NCBI GenBank assembly: GCA_965243025.1
Contig: CBDETY010000003.1
Coordinates: 1,664,001-1,728,000, forward strand
Source: Candidatus Latescibacterota bacterium
GTDB lineage: Bacteria; Latescibacterota; UBA2968; UBA8231
Length of the DNA: 64,000 nucleotides
Direction of reading: 5' to 3'
The first letter of the stretch is position 1. Each line of letters starts with the position of its first letter. Under the pieces are notes generated by a model. That model was not told the DNA's origin. It was given only the letters and a program-made list of their open reading frames with translations, and made no database searches. The translations under genes and the position numbers were made by a program. Positions 30,904 through 40,564 of the stretch are shown in pieces.

Positions 30904-32158
30904 TTCGGAAAAACCGGTGTCCGGGAAACCTGTCGATTCCCGGAAAGAGGAAACCCCGGCCGCTGCGGAGACCATTCTGCCCGGTGGGGGACTCCCCGGT
31001 GCCTCTACGCGCTCCGTTCACGGGGGAGAAGACCGGGTCAAGGGAGCCAAGTCCCTGACCAACCCGATAGCGCAGACTTCGACCTTCGTCTTCGATACCC
31101 TCGATGAGTTCGAGGCCTACAAGGCGGGCGAGCGGACGCAGTACGAGTACGGCCGCTACGGCAATCCGACCCTGGCCGCGGCGGAGAGGAAACTCGCCGA
31201 CCTCGACCACGCGGCGCAGGCGCTGCTTTTCTCCTCGGGAATGAGCGCGATCTCGACCGCCCTGATGGCGATGCTGCGTTCGGGCCAGCACCTGGTCGTA
31301 ATGGAGGATTGTTACCGGCGTACCGTGCAGCTGTGCGACGTCCTCGGCAAGTTCGGGATCGAGAGCAGCTTCGTGCGCCCAGGGGATTTCGATCAGCTGC
31401 GGCAGGCCCTGCGGCCGAAGACGCGGCTGATCTTCACCGAATCTCCCACCAACCCGCATCTGCACGTCGTCGACCTGGAGAAACTGGTCGCCTTCGCCAG
31501 GGAGCGGCGTCTCAAGGTCCTGATCGACAGCACCTTCGCGACGCCGGTCAACCAGTGTCCCCTCGACTTCGGCGTCGACCTCGTCTTCCACAGCGCCACC
31601 AAGTACCTGGGAGGACACAACGACCTGATGGCCGGATCGGTCTGCGGCGCCGAGGGGATCATCTCCGCCATCAAGGAATTCCGCGACATCGTCGGCACAA
31701 TGGCCGATCCGCACTCGAGCTACCTGCTGATCCGCGGACTGAAGACACTGGCCGTCCGCATGGCGAGGCAGAACGACACCGCGCTCAAAATCGCCGCCTT
31801 CCTCGAAGAGCACCCCAAGGTCAAGCGGGTCTACTACCCGGGTCTTCCCAGCCATCCGGATTACGAAGTCGCCGGAAGGCAGATGCACGGGTTCGGCGGG
31901 GTCGTCAGTTTCGATCTCGACGGCAACCTGGAGACGGCCAGGGATTTCGTTCACAGGTTGTCGATACCTTACCTGGCGCCCAGCCTCGGAGGCGTCGAGA
32001 CCCTGGTATCTCATCCGGCGACGATTTCGTACTACGATCTGAGTTGGGAAGACCGGCAGGCGATCGGCATTACCGACGAACTGATACGGTATTCCGTCGG
32101 CATCGAGGACCCGGAAGATCTCATGAGCGACCTGGCGTCGGCGCTTGCCGCGGTTTGA
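30893..32158 (+). CDS. metB: cystathionine gamma-synthase (plant-like subfamily)
   Basis: EYGRYGNPT, DCYRRT, ESPTNP, HSATKYLGGHND, APSLGG. Confidence 0.85.
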   Translation: MPADSEKPVSGKPVDSRKEETPAAAETILPGGGLPGASTRSVHGGEDRVKGAKSLTNPIAQTSTFVFDTLDEFEAYKAGERTQYEYGRYGNPTLAAAERKLADLDHAAQALLFSSGMSAISTALMAMLRSGQHLVVMEDCYRRTVQLCDVLGKFGIESSFVRPGDFDQLRQALRPKTRLIFTESPTNPHLHVVDLEKLVAFARERRLKVLIDSTFATPVNQCPLDFGVDLVFHSATKYLGGHNDLMAGSVCGAEGIISAIKEFRDIVGTMADPHSSYLLIRGLKTLAVRMARQNDTALKIAAFLEEHPKVKRVYYPGLPSHPDYEVAGRQMHGFGGVVSFDLDGNLETARDFVHRLSIPYLAPSLGGVETLVSHPATISYYDLSWEDRQAIGITDELIRYSVGIEDPEDLMSDLASALAAV

Positions 32159-32295
32159 GGTGCATATCCTGCCCCTGCACGAGGTGCGGTATCCCGGGTC
32201 CGGGCGGAGGCTGCGTTTCGTGAAAACGACCGCCGCGATCACCGGGAGCTCCCTCTTTCGGTCCGCACCCTTTTCCCGCCGTTCGAGGTCAGGCG

Positions 32296-33333
32296 ATGAA
32301 TGATGGACCGGCCGGGGTCCCGGCCTCCGGGCAGTCGCTTCCGGGAATCGGTCCACATCGGCCCAGGCGCCTGCGCCGCAGCCCGCTCATCCGCGGCATG
32401 GTCCGCGAGACCAGCTTGCGGACCGAAGATCTGGTGATGCCGTTTTTCGTCTGTCCGGGGGAGGGGGTGCAGCGCGAGATCCGGTCGATGCCGGGGAACC
32501 ACCAGCTCTCCATCGACCTCCTGGTCGAGCAATGCCGTGAAGTCGCCGGTTTGGGGATTCCAGCCGTACTGCTGTTCGGGATTCCCGGGGAGAAGGATGC
32601 GGTCGGGACTTCCGGGTACGACCCGGACGGGATCGTCCCCGCGGCGACCCGCGCAATAAAGGACGCCGGCCTGGACCTGCTCCTCATCGCCGACGTCTGC
32701 CTTTGCGAGTACACCGATCACGGGCACTGCGGCCTTCTCGATGATCGAACCGCGGGAATGGACGGTCCCGAGGTCGACAACGACCGCACCGTGGAGTTGC
32801 TGGCGCGGGAGGCTCTGGTCTACGCCGAAGCCGGGGCCGACATGATAGCCCCTTCCGACATGATGGACGGGCGCATCGGACGAATCAGGGCGATGCTCGA
32901 TGGCAACGGTTTCGCGGGCGTTCCCATCATGTCGTACGCGGCGAAGTACGCCTCCGCTTTCTACGGGCCGTTCCGGGAAGCCGCCGAGTCGGCGCCGCAG
33001 ACCGGGGACAGGCGCGGCTACCAGATGGATCCTCCCAACAGGCGCGAAGCGATGCGGGAAATCGAGCTCGACCTGGCGGAGGGTGCCGACATCATCATGG
33101 TAAAACCGGCGCTGGCCTACCTCGATGTGCTGGGCGAAGCCCGGCGGCGTTTCGATGTCCCCCTCGCCGCCTACAACGTCAGCGGCGAGTTCGCGATGGT
33201 CAAAGCGGCGGCGGAGAAGGGCTGGATCGACGAGGTGCGCATCAGGGACGAAATTCTTGTCGGAATCAAAAGGGCAGGAGCAGACCTGATCATCACATAC
33301 TTCGCCAGAGATGTCGCCCCAGGCCTCGGCTGA
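32296..33333 (+). CDS. hemB: porphobilinogen synthase (Zn-dependent)
   Basis: [42 protein letters not shown]. Confidence 0.97.
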   Translation: MNDGPAGVPASGQSLPGIGPHRPRRLRRSPLIRGMVRETSLRTEDLVMPFFVCPGEGVQREIRSMPGNHQLSIDLLVEQCREVAGLGIPAVLLFGIPGEKDAVGTSGYDPDGIVPAATRAIKDAGLDLLLIADVCLCEYTDHGHCGLLDDRTAGMDGPEVDNDRTVELLAREALVYAEAGADMIAPSDMMDGRIGRIRAMLDGNGFAGVPIMSYAAKYASAFYGPFREAAESAPQTGDRRGYQMDPPNRREAMREIELDLAEGADIIMVKPALAYLDVLGEARRRFDVPLAAYNVSGEFAMVKAAAEKGWIDEVRIRDEILVGIKRAGADLIITYFARDVAPGLG

Positions 33334-33384
33334 ACGGCGAGATCGCCAGTTCCCGCCCTGCGCCGTCGGCGGCAGCGGTAAGGA

Positions 33385-34329
33385 ATGAAGAACTACCTGA
33401 AAATCATGGCGGGATCGAGCAACCCTGAGCTCGCCCGGGAAATCTGCGATTATCTCGACTGCCCCCCGGGACGTCTGTCGATCGATCGCGCCTCAAACGA
33501 CACCATCAAGGTCCAGATCAACGAGAACGTCCGGGAGGACGACGTCTTTGTAGTTCAAACCTCCTGTCCGCCGGTGAATGACCACTTCATCGAGCTCCTG
33601 CTCATTATCGACGCCCTGAAATACGCCTCGGCGCGCCGCATAACCGCGGTGTTGCCTTACTACCCTTACGTGCGCTCCGACAAGAAGGACGAGCCGCGGA
33701 TTTCCATCAGCGCCCGTCTCGTCGCCGATCTGCTGGAAACGGCAGGCGCCGACCGCATCCTGACCATGACCCTTCATTCGCCCCAGATCGCCGCTTTTTC
33801 GCGCATCCCGGTCGATCAGCTGTGGGCGACCAACCTGCTGTGCAATCACCTGTTGCAGACCCGGGATCTCACCAACGCGGTGGTGGTTTCTCCCGACGTC
33901 GGCAGCGCTTACGAGGCGAACCACTACGCCCGCCGCCTCGAGCTTCCCCTCGCCATCATGGACAAGAGGAGAAAGGGGGACGACGAGGTCGCCGAGGTGC
34001 AGACCGTCATCGGCGACATCGAGGGCCGGGACGCGCTTCTGTTCGACGACGAGGTGCTGACCGGCAGCTCGATGATGGAGGCCATCCGCCTGCTCAAGGA
34101 CCGCGGGGCCCGGCGCATCCTGGCGGGATGTACCCACGGGGTTTTTTCAGGCGACGCCATCGCCCGCATAGAAGCCTCCCCGGTAGAGCTGTTTCTGAAG
34201 ACCAACACCGTACCGATGCCGCCCGGAACAGGTGCGGAAAAGATCGAGGCGATCTCGGTCGCGCGCCTTTTCGGCGATGCGATCAAGGCCATCCATCACG
34301 GGGAGTCGGTCAGCCGCCTGCTCGACTGA
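33385..34329 (+). CDS. prs: ribose-phosphate pyrophosphokinase, paralog 1
   Basis: ENVR..DVFVVQ, ASARRITAVLPY, RSDKKDEPRISI, LHSPQ, DKRR, DDEVLTG, ESVS.L. Confidence 0.9.
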   Translation: MKNYLKIMAGSSNPELAREICDYLDCPPGRLSIDRASNDTIKVQINENVREDDVFVVQTSCPPVNDHFIELLLIIDALKYASARRITAVLPYYPYVRSDKKDEPRISISARLVADLLETAGADRILTMTLHSPQIAAFSRIPVDQLWATNLLCNHLLQTRDLTNAVVVSPDVGSAYEANHYARRLELPLAIMDKRRKGDDEVAEVQTVIGDIEGRDALLFDDEVLTGSSMMEAIRLLKDRGARRILAGCTHGVFSGDAIARIEASPVELFLKTNTVPMPPGTGAEKIEAISVARLFGDAIKAIHHGESVSRLLD

Positions 34330-34358
34330 CGGAGCCGCCCCAAGCCCTTGAGGATCAC

Positions 34359-34520
34359 ATGGCGAGCAGATTCAGTATCATCTTCGAGTTGTGGGCCTTT
34401 ATGCAGGTGCGGAAGAAGTGGTGGCTGGGACCGATTTTCGCCACCCTTGTCCTGCTCGGGATGCTGATCGTCCTCACCGAGGGATCGGCGCTTGCTCCAT
34501 TCATTTACACGCTTTTCTGA
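34359..34520 (+). CDS. small membrane protein, DUF5989/SxtK-like (53 aa)
   Basis: MASRFSIIFELWAFMQVRKKWWLGPI...GSALAPFIYTLF. Confidence 0.85.
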   Translation: MASRFSIIFELWAFMQVRKKWWLGPIFATLVLLGMLIVLTEGSALAPFIYTLF

Positions 34521-34681
34521 TGGTGGACCGATTCCCGAATCCACAGTCGCTCACCCACCTTTCCCGCCTCTTTGACTGCCGGAACCCGGGAGACTTATGT
34601 TAATATGTAACAGTAAGTTCCGTCATTTTTTCGACGCCCTCCCCGCAGCGATACGGGCCCGGGATCAGCGGTCGAACACCT

Positions 34682-35227
34682 ATGGACAGTGTCGGTAAGG
34701 CCGAGGTCGATCGCTTGACTGATTTGATCAGGGACATCCCCGACTTTCCGAAACCGGGGATACTTTACCGGGACATTACCACCCTGCTCAAAGACCGATC
34801 CGGGTTGAGGGCGGCGGTCGCGGCGATGGCCGCCCCTTTCGGCGCCCCCGAGGTAGACATGGTCGTCGGGGTGGAAGCACGCGGCTTCATTCTCGGGGCT
34901 CCTATCGCGGTCTCCCTCGATTGCGGGTTCGTTCCGGTGCGGAAGTCCGGAAAGCTGCCTGGAGACGTTGTCGGGCAAGAGTACGAACTGGAATACGGGA
35001 CCTCGGAGGTGGAAGTACACCGCGATGCCCTGCACCCCGGGGACCGGGTGCTGATGGTAGACGACGTTCTCGCAACGGGCGGCACAATGGCTGCTTCCTG
35101 CCGCCTGCTCGAACAGCTCGGGGCAAACATCGCCGCAGTCAGTTTCCTGGTCGAGCTGAATGCTCTCCGGGGGCGCGACCGGCTCGGCCGGTACCGCGTC
35201 GAGTCTGTCATACAATATCCCGATTGA
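34682..35227 (+). CDS. apt: adenine phosphoribosyltransferase
   Basis: IPDFPKPGI..RDIT, EARGF, RK.GKLPG, LEYG, VDDVLATGGT. Confidence 0.96.
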   Translation: MDSVGKAEVDRLTDLIRDIPDFPKPGILYRDITTLLKDRSGLRAAVAAMAAPFGAPEVDMVVGVEARGFILGAPIAVSLDCGFVPVRKSGKLPGDVVGQEYELEYGTSEVEVHRDALHPGDRVLMVDDVLATGGTMAASCRLLEQLGANIAAVSFLVELNALRGRDRLGRYRVESVIQYPD

Positions 35228-35242
35228 CGACAAAGGTGCCAG

Positions 35243-35905
35243 ATGGCAAAGAGGGAAAGACCTACCAGGGCAGAGCTCGAGGAAGACCGTTTCGTCGAGT
35301 GGATCATGCAGGCCGCGGACTTCCTGAAGGAGCGGATGCAGTTCGTCATCGCCGCCGCCGCAGCGGCGGTGGTGATCGTCGTGCTGATCACCTACATGCG
35401 CAGCGCCGAGGAAAAGGCACGCCTGGAAGCGTCGGCGAAGTTCGGCCAGGTTCTGATAGCGGACGCGAACGGGGAGGCAACGCAGGCGATGGAGATCGCC
35501 GAACACCTGATCAGGGAAAATCCCGGGACCCCCGCGGCGGCCCAGGGAGTGGTCTACCTGGCCAACCGCTACTTCCACCAGGGTCGGCTCGACGAAGCCC
35601 AACGCCTGTACGAAACATACCTCGAGGACTACGGGGATGTGGACGTTCTCGTGTTCGCTGCCTGGAGCGGTGTAGCGGCCTGCATCGAATCGCAGGGGCA
35701 GTTCGCCCGGGCGGCGCAAAAATACGAGCAGTTTGCCGACCGGCACGATGGACAGCAGGGGGCACTGGCCCTGATGAGCGCTTCACGCTGTTTCGCCCTG
35801 GCCGGTGACACCGCGGCGCAGAAGAAGGCTCTGGGCCGAATCGCGCGCGATTTTCCCACCTCTCCCCTTGTCGCCAAGGCCCGCGAGCAACTGAGGAGGC
35901 TGTGA
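35243..35905 (+). CDS. membrane-anchored TPR protein (YfgM-like)
   Basis: N-terminal EDRF segment, single TM, TPR-like helices, FPTS C-terminus. Confidence 0.75.
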   Translation: MAKRERPTRAELEEDRFVEWIMQAADFLKERMQFVIAAAAAAVVIVVLITYMRSAEEKARLEASAKFGQVLIADANGEATQAMEIAEHLIRENPGTPAAAQGVVYLANRYFHQGRLDEAQRLYETYLEDYGDVDVLVFAAWSGVAACIESQGQFARAAQKYEQFADRHDGQQGALALMSASRCFALAGDTAAQKKALGRIARDFPTSPLVAKAREQLRRL

Positions 35906-35930
35906 GCAGGCTGCTGTCAGCGGAGAAGGG

Positions 35931-36869
35931 GTGATGACCAACAAGCTCAAGGTCTTCGCAGGAAACAGCAATCCCGACCTCGCGGCGAGAATCTGCGAAT
36001 CGCTGGGGGTGGCGCCGGGGGGCCTCGAGATCATCCGTTTCAGCAACGAAAACCTCAAGGTCAAGATCTGCGAGAACGTCCGCGGCTGCGACGTCTTTTT
36101 CATTCAGACCTCCTGCGCTCCGGTCAGCGAGCACCTGATGGAATTGCTCATCGCCCTGGACGCTTTGAAGTTCGCTTCCGCCGGACGCATCACCGCGGTA
36201 TTGCCATACTACCCGTATTCGCTCGCCGACAGCAAGGACGAACCCCGCATATCGGTCGCCGGCCGGCTGATGGCCGACCTGCTCACCGAGGCAGGCGCCG
36301 ACCGCATCCTCACCATGACCCTGCACAGCCCCCAGATCATGGGGTTCTGCAGAATACCGGTCGATCAGCTCAGTGGGGTTTCAACCATTTGCGAGGACTT
36401 TCGCAGCAGGGAAATAGAGAATGCCGTCGCCGTCGCACCCGACATCAGCCGCGCCAAGGTCACCGAGGGATACGCGCGTCATCTCGGGTTGCCGCTCGTA
36501 GTCCTCGACAACCGGCGAACTCAGGAAGGGGAGGCCGGGGACATCGGCGCAATCGGTGACGTCGAGGGAAAAAATGCCATTCTGTTCGACGATGAAATAA
36601 TAACGGGGGACTCCGTAATTGCCGGCTCCGAGGCTTTGGTAGCAAGGGGCGCTGAAACGATCTACGCGGGATGCGTGCACGGCACCCTCGCTGAAGCCGC
36701 TCTCCCCAGGATCGACAAGTCCATTCTGGCGGGGTTGACGGTGACCGACACGATCCCGCAGGCTCCCGAGGAAGACCACTCCAAACTCACCGTCCGTTCC
36801 GTGGCCGACCACTTCGCCAACGCGATAAAGGCGATTCACGAAGAGACTTCCATCAGTGCTCTCTTCTGA
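35931..36869 (+). CDS. prs: ribose-phosphate pyrophosphokinase, paralog 2 (several catalytic residues altered)
   Basis: LKVFAGNSNP, RFSNEN, ENVRG, ASAGRITAVLPY, LHSPQ, DDEIITG, SISALF. Confidence 0.88.
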   Translation: MMTNKLKVFAGNSNPDLAARICESLGVAPGGLEIIRFSNENLKVKICENVRGCDVFFIQTSCAPVSEHLMELLIALDALKFASAGRITAVLPYYPYSLADSKDEPRISVAGRLMADLLTEAGADRILTMTLHSPQIMGFCRIPVDQLSGVSTICEDFRSREIENAVAVAPDISRAKVTEGYARHLGLPLVVLDNRRTQEGEAGDIGAIGDVEGKNAILFDDEIITGDSVIAGSEALVARGAETIYAGCVHGTLAEAALPRIDKSILAGLTVTDTIPQAPEEDHSKLTVRSVADHFANAIKAIHEETSISALF

Positions 36870-36948
36870 CTACCGGGGTGGCTGCAGCATGCCTCTCAAG
36901 CCGGGTTTCCGTGGGGCAGTCCCCCCGGATCGTCGCTGAAACCGTTCG

Positions 36949-37671
36949 GTGAAATACGCCATCCTCGCTGACGTACACGCCAACCTCGAAGCTCTCGAGG
37001 CGGTGCTGATCGCCGCGGAAAAAGAGGGAGCCGATCACTTCGTTGCCGTCGGGGACATCGTCGGCTACGGTGCGGACCCGGTCGCCTGCGTCAACAGACT
37101 GCGGGAGCACGAGTTCGTGTGCGTGCTCGGGGATCACGACCAGGCCCTTGTCGACAGCAGACAGTCCCGAAGCTTGAACGCCTTGGCCCGCAATGCGATC
37201 CTGCGTTCACGCGATCTCGTTTCCGAAACCGAGCTCGACTACATCCGCCACTTCGGCTTCCGGCACGTTGAATTCGATGCTGTTTTCGCCCACGCAAATC
37301 CGGTCCGGCCCGAGAACTGGCTGCACCTGGTTCTTCACCGGGACATCTCCTGGTGTCTCGAGCGGCTGGACTGGAGGGTCGCCTTCGTCGGCCATACCCA
37401 TTACCCGGGGATCTATTGCCGAACCGGAGGCCAGGTGACCTCGCTCACTTCATCGGAAGTCTCGGTGGGACCGCATCGGTATCTCGTCAACCCCGGGAGC
37501 GTCGGACAGCCTCGGGACGGGGACCGCAGGGCCTCGTACGCACTCTGGGATGTTGACTCGGAGTATGTCCAGCTGCGCCGGGTCGAGTACCCCGTCGAGA
37601 GGACGCAGGATAAACTCCGCCAGGCTGACTGGCCCGAATACCTGGCCGAGCGCCTCGGAAGAGGGGAATAG
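36949..37671 (+). CDS. calcineurin-like metallophosphoesterase
   Basis: DVHAN, GDIVGYG, GDHD, GHTH, NPGSVGQPRDG. Confidence 0.9.
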   Translation: MKYAILADVHANLEALEAVLIAAEKEGADHFVAVGDIVGYGADPVACVNRLREHEFVCVLGDHDQALVDSRQSRSLNALARNAILRSRDLVSETELDYIRHFGFRHVEFDAVFAHANPVRPENWLHLVLHRDISWCLERLDWRVAFVGHTHYPGIYCRTGGQVTSLTSSEVSVGPHRYLVNPGSVGQPRDGDRRASYALWDVDSEYVQLRRVEYPVERTQDKLRQADWPEYLAERLGRGE

Positions 37672-37677
37672 TCGAGG

Positions 37678-38598
37678 ATGAGGGGCCTTGTGCTGCGGGT
37701 TTCCGGGCTGCAATCGACCGTAGAGGCGGATGGCAGGAGCTGGCAATGCGAGCTTCGAGGCCGGATGAAATCGGGGCCGCGGGAAATCCAGTCTCCGGTC
37801 GCTACCGGGGACTGGGTCGAATTCGAGCCTACGACCGAATCTACCGGCGTTATCGAGGAACGCCATCCCAGGCATTCCAAGCTTTCCCGTGCGATGGCGG
37901 GAAAGCGGCCATGCGAACAGATTCTCGCCGCCAATGTCGATTGCTTCGCCGTGGTCGTGGCCGCCCGTCAGCCAGCCGTCAGCCCGGGGTTCATTGACCG
38001 CGCCCTGGTGATGGCTCAGGAAGGAAAGGTCGAGCCCCTGATCTGTCTCAACAAAATCGACCTCTTGAAGGACCCGGCGGTGCATGAAGTAGTGCGCATC
38101 TACGGGGACCTGGGATACCGCGTACTTCTCACTTCGGCAAGGACGGGGGAGGGGATCGACGCCTTGGCGGAGACGCTGGCCGGCCGCGTGTCGGCGCTCG
38201 TGGGACAGTCCGGTGTCGGCAAATCCACAATTCTCAACTGCATCGACCCGGGCCTCGACCTTTCTACGGCCGGGCTGATGAAAAGGCACGACCGCGGGCG
38301 CCATACCACGACTGCCGTTCACCTTCACAGGCTGCGGCGCGGCGGTTACGTCGCCGATACCCCAGGGGTCAAGTCGCTGCAGCCGTGGGGAATCAACCGC
38401 CGACAGCTCACCAGGTATTTCGTCGAAATGGCGCCCTTGGCCGGACGGTGCCGGTTCCGGGACTGCACCCACATCCGCGAGCCCGGGTGTGCGATTCGCG
38501 ACGCGGTGGAGTCCGGGAGGATAACGGGCGTGCGCTACGAGGGCTTCAAGCGCATCCAGGAAAGCCTTCCGGAGCCGACAGCCGAATGTCGGAACTGA
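37678..38598 (+). CDS. rsgA: ribosome small subunit-dependent GTPase A
   Basis: NKID, GQSGVGKS, GRHTTT, DTPG, CRFRDCTH..EPGC zinc finger. Confidence 0.95.
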   Translation: MRGLVLRVSGLQSTVEADGRSWQCELRGRMKSGPREIQSPVATGDWVEFEPTTESTGVIEERHPRHSKLSRAMAGKRPCEQILAANVDCFAVVVAARQPAVSPGFIDRALVMAQEGKVEPLICLNKIDLLKDPAVHEVVRIYGDLGYRVLLTSARTGEGIDALAETLAGRVSALVGQSGVGKSTILNCIDPGLDLSTAGLMKRHDRGRHTTTAVHLHRLRRGGYVADTPGVKSLQPWGINRRQLTRYFVEMAPLAGRCRFRDCTHIREPGCAIRDAVESGRITGVRYEGFKRIQESLPEPTAECRN

Positions 38599-39533
38599 CG
38601 ATAGATGCGCTGCTGAAACAGTACGGGCGCCCGCTGGGCCTGCGTCTGCTCGCCGGGGACAAGGGGATCGGACGCACCATCAACAGCGCCGACGCCAACC
38701 GTCCGGGGCTGACCCTTACCGGTTTCGTCGAGATCTTCACATTCGCCCCGGTCCAGATCCTCGGCAATCTCGAAATCGACTACCTCCGCAGCCTGCCTCC
38801 GGACCGGCGCCTGCAGGCACTGGAGATCATCTACCAGTTCGAACTCCCCTGTATCGTGGTGACCGGCCGCGGCCGCTTGCTTCCCGAGCTGAGAATCCTC
38901 GCAAACAAGAACAACATCCCCCTGCTCAGAACGGAATTCGACACAACCAAGTTCATCCACCTCCTGCACTTCTACCTCGATCCTGTCTTTTCTCCCCAGG
39001 TCACCATGCACGGCACCCTCGTCGACGTCCACGGAGTCGGCCTTCTCGTCGTCGGTCGCAGCTCCATTGGCAAGAGCGAAATCGGCCTCGACCTGGTGGA
39101 GAGGGGGCACCGCCTGGTCGCCGACGACACCGTTATCATCACCAGGCAGGCCCAGGGCATCCTCGTAGGACGCAGCCCCGAGCTGTTGCAGGATCACATG
39201 GAGATCCGGGGAATCGGCGTCGTCGACATCAAGAGGCTGTTCGGAATCGGCGGCACCCGCCGGCAGAAGAGGGTGGAAGTGATGGTGACCCTGGTAGACT
39301 GGCAGGCGGATTTCGACTACGAGCGCATCGGGATCGACGACAAGGGCAAGCTTATTCTCGGGGTCGAGGTCCCGGAGATCACCGTGCCGATCTTCCCGGG
39401 TAAAAACATCACCGTGATTGCCGAGGCAATTGCCTTCAACTACCTGCTGCGTCTCGACGGCTATCACGCTGCCCAGGAGTTCAACAAGCGGCTGATCAGA
39501 AGGATGCAGCGCAAGAAGCGGGGCGACTCCTGA
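38586..39533 (+). CDS. hprK: HPr kinase/phosphorylase
   Basis: NRPGL.L.G, HGTLVDV.G.G, GKSE, GHRLVADD, EIRGIG, PGKN; ATG 38586. Confidence 0.95.
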   Translation: MSELTIDALLKQYGRPLGLRLLAGDKGIGRTINSADANRPGLTLTGFVEIFTFAPVQILGNLEIDYLRSLPPDRRLQALEIIYQFELPCIVVTGRGRLLPELRILANKNNIPLLRTEFDTTKFIHLLHFYLDPVFSPQVTMHGTLVDVHGVGLLVVGRSSIGKSEIGLDLVERGHRLVADDTVIITRQAQGILVGRSPELLQDHMEIRGIGVVDIKRLFGIGGTRRQKRVEVMVTLVDWQADFDYERIGIDDKGKLILGVEVPEITVPIFPGKNITVIAEAIAFNYLLRLDGYHAAQEFNKRLIRRMQRKKRGDS

Positions 39534-39660
39534 ACCTCCCACATTCCCCGATGCGCGTTGATCTCACCTGGGCCCCGGGGTATTTTCCAACGGATCTCCC
39601 GGCGTTCAGCCCCCCTGCCTTCAATCGGGCCCGCAGCCGTTCATTTCCCAGAGCAGGTCG

Positions 39661-40560
39661 ATGCCCCACCCGGTGTTCGAGCTGGCCATCGTCGGCTCGG
39701 ATCGCATCGCCGAGCACGAAGCTGCAATTCGAAAGCAGCCCTATCTGCACCTGTCAACTCGCATTGGGGAATCACCCACTGACCGGGTATCGAGTTCCGG
39801 GACGTTTGGAGATTTCGATTTCAACGCCGCCGATATCGGAGCTGTCGTCGTCAGCACGCCAGCCTCCGAAAGGGAGTACTGGACTCTCAAGAGCGCTCGC
39901 GCCAACAAGGCCGTCATTGTCGACGGCCCTCCGGCCGGATCGTCAGCGGGACTGCTGGAATTGCGGCGCCTCGACCAGTGCATGGGGGAGCAGGTCCTCA
40001 TGGCCTCGACCGTTCTGTCATCGGACATCGCCAGGGACCTGCTGGCAGCACGCGGCCGCCTCGGGCGCTGCCTGTACATGGATCTCCACATGAGCATTCC
40101 GAAGGAGTCGCTTCCGTCCACCCGTTCGGGGATCGCCTCCCTGGGTGCGACCGAGCTGCTGCTGTTGAGCGAGCGTTTCTCCGGGCCTCTCGATTCCGTC
40201 CACGCCCGCAGCCGCAGCCTGCTGACCAACCGGCCCGGCGAAGACGCGGTCTGGGCAATGCTCCGGTTTTTCAACGGCGTCGAGGGAGTGCTGCAAGTGC
40301 GCGGACTCGACTCCACGGAACGGGCGACAATTACCGTCCATGGGACCGAGGGCACACTGAAGCTGTCGACCAGCCTTTCCCGGCAGACCGGAGAAATACG
40401 GGACAGACAGTACGAGAACCTCGTTCAGGTTCTGACGGGACACGGCAAACCGGCGTGTGGGGTCCGGGACATCCACCGCTGCCTTTTCCTGGGCACCTGG
40501 CTGGATCAGTCGGCCCGCCAGGACCGCGAGCTTTTCAGTTCCGACGTACGGGTTGAGTGA
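39661..40560 (+). CDS. divergent Gfo/Idh/MocA-like oxidoreductase fold protein
   Basis: LAIVG Rossmann start, AVVVSTP, ED.V.A.LRF.NG..G, I.V.GTEGTL; canonical EKP motif missing. Confidence 0.6.
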   Translation: MPHPVFELAIVGSDRIAEHEAAIRKQPYLHLSTRIGESPTDRVSSSGTFGDFDFNAADIGAVVVSTPASEREYWTLKSARANKAVIVDGPPAGSSAGLLELRRLDQCMGEQVLMASTVLSSDIARDLLAARGRLGRCLYMDLHMSIPKESLPSTRSGIASLGATELLLLSERFSGPLDSVHARSRSLLTNRPGEDAVWAMLRFFNGVEGVLQVRGLDSTERATITVHGTEGTLKLSTSLSRQTGEIRDRQYENLVQVLTGHGKPACGVRDIHRCLFLGTWLDQSARQDRELFSSDVRVE

Positions 40561-40564
40561 ACCG

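Noticed and set aside
34595-34610. TTATGTTAATA resembling a XerD arm
   Set aside because: No ATAA half-site 6 bp upstream; better explained as the -10 region of the apt promoter (TTGACT at 34572)
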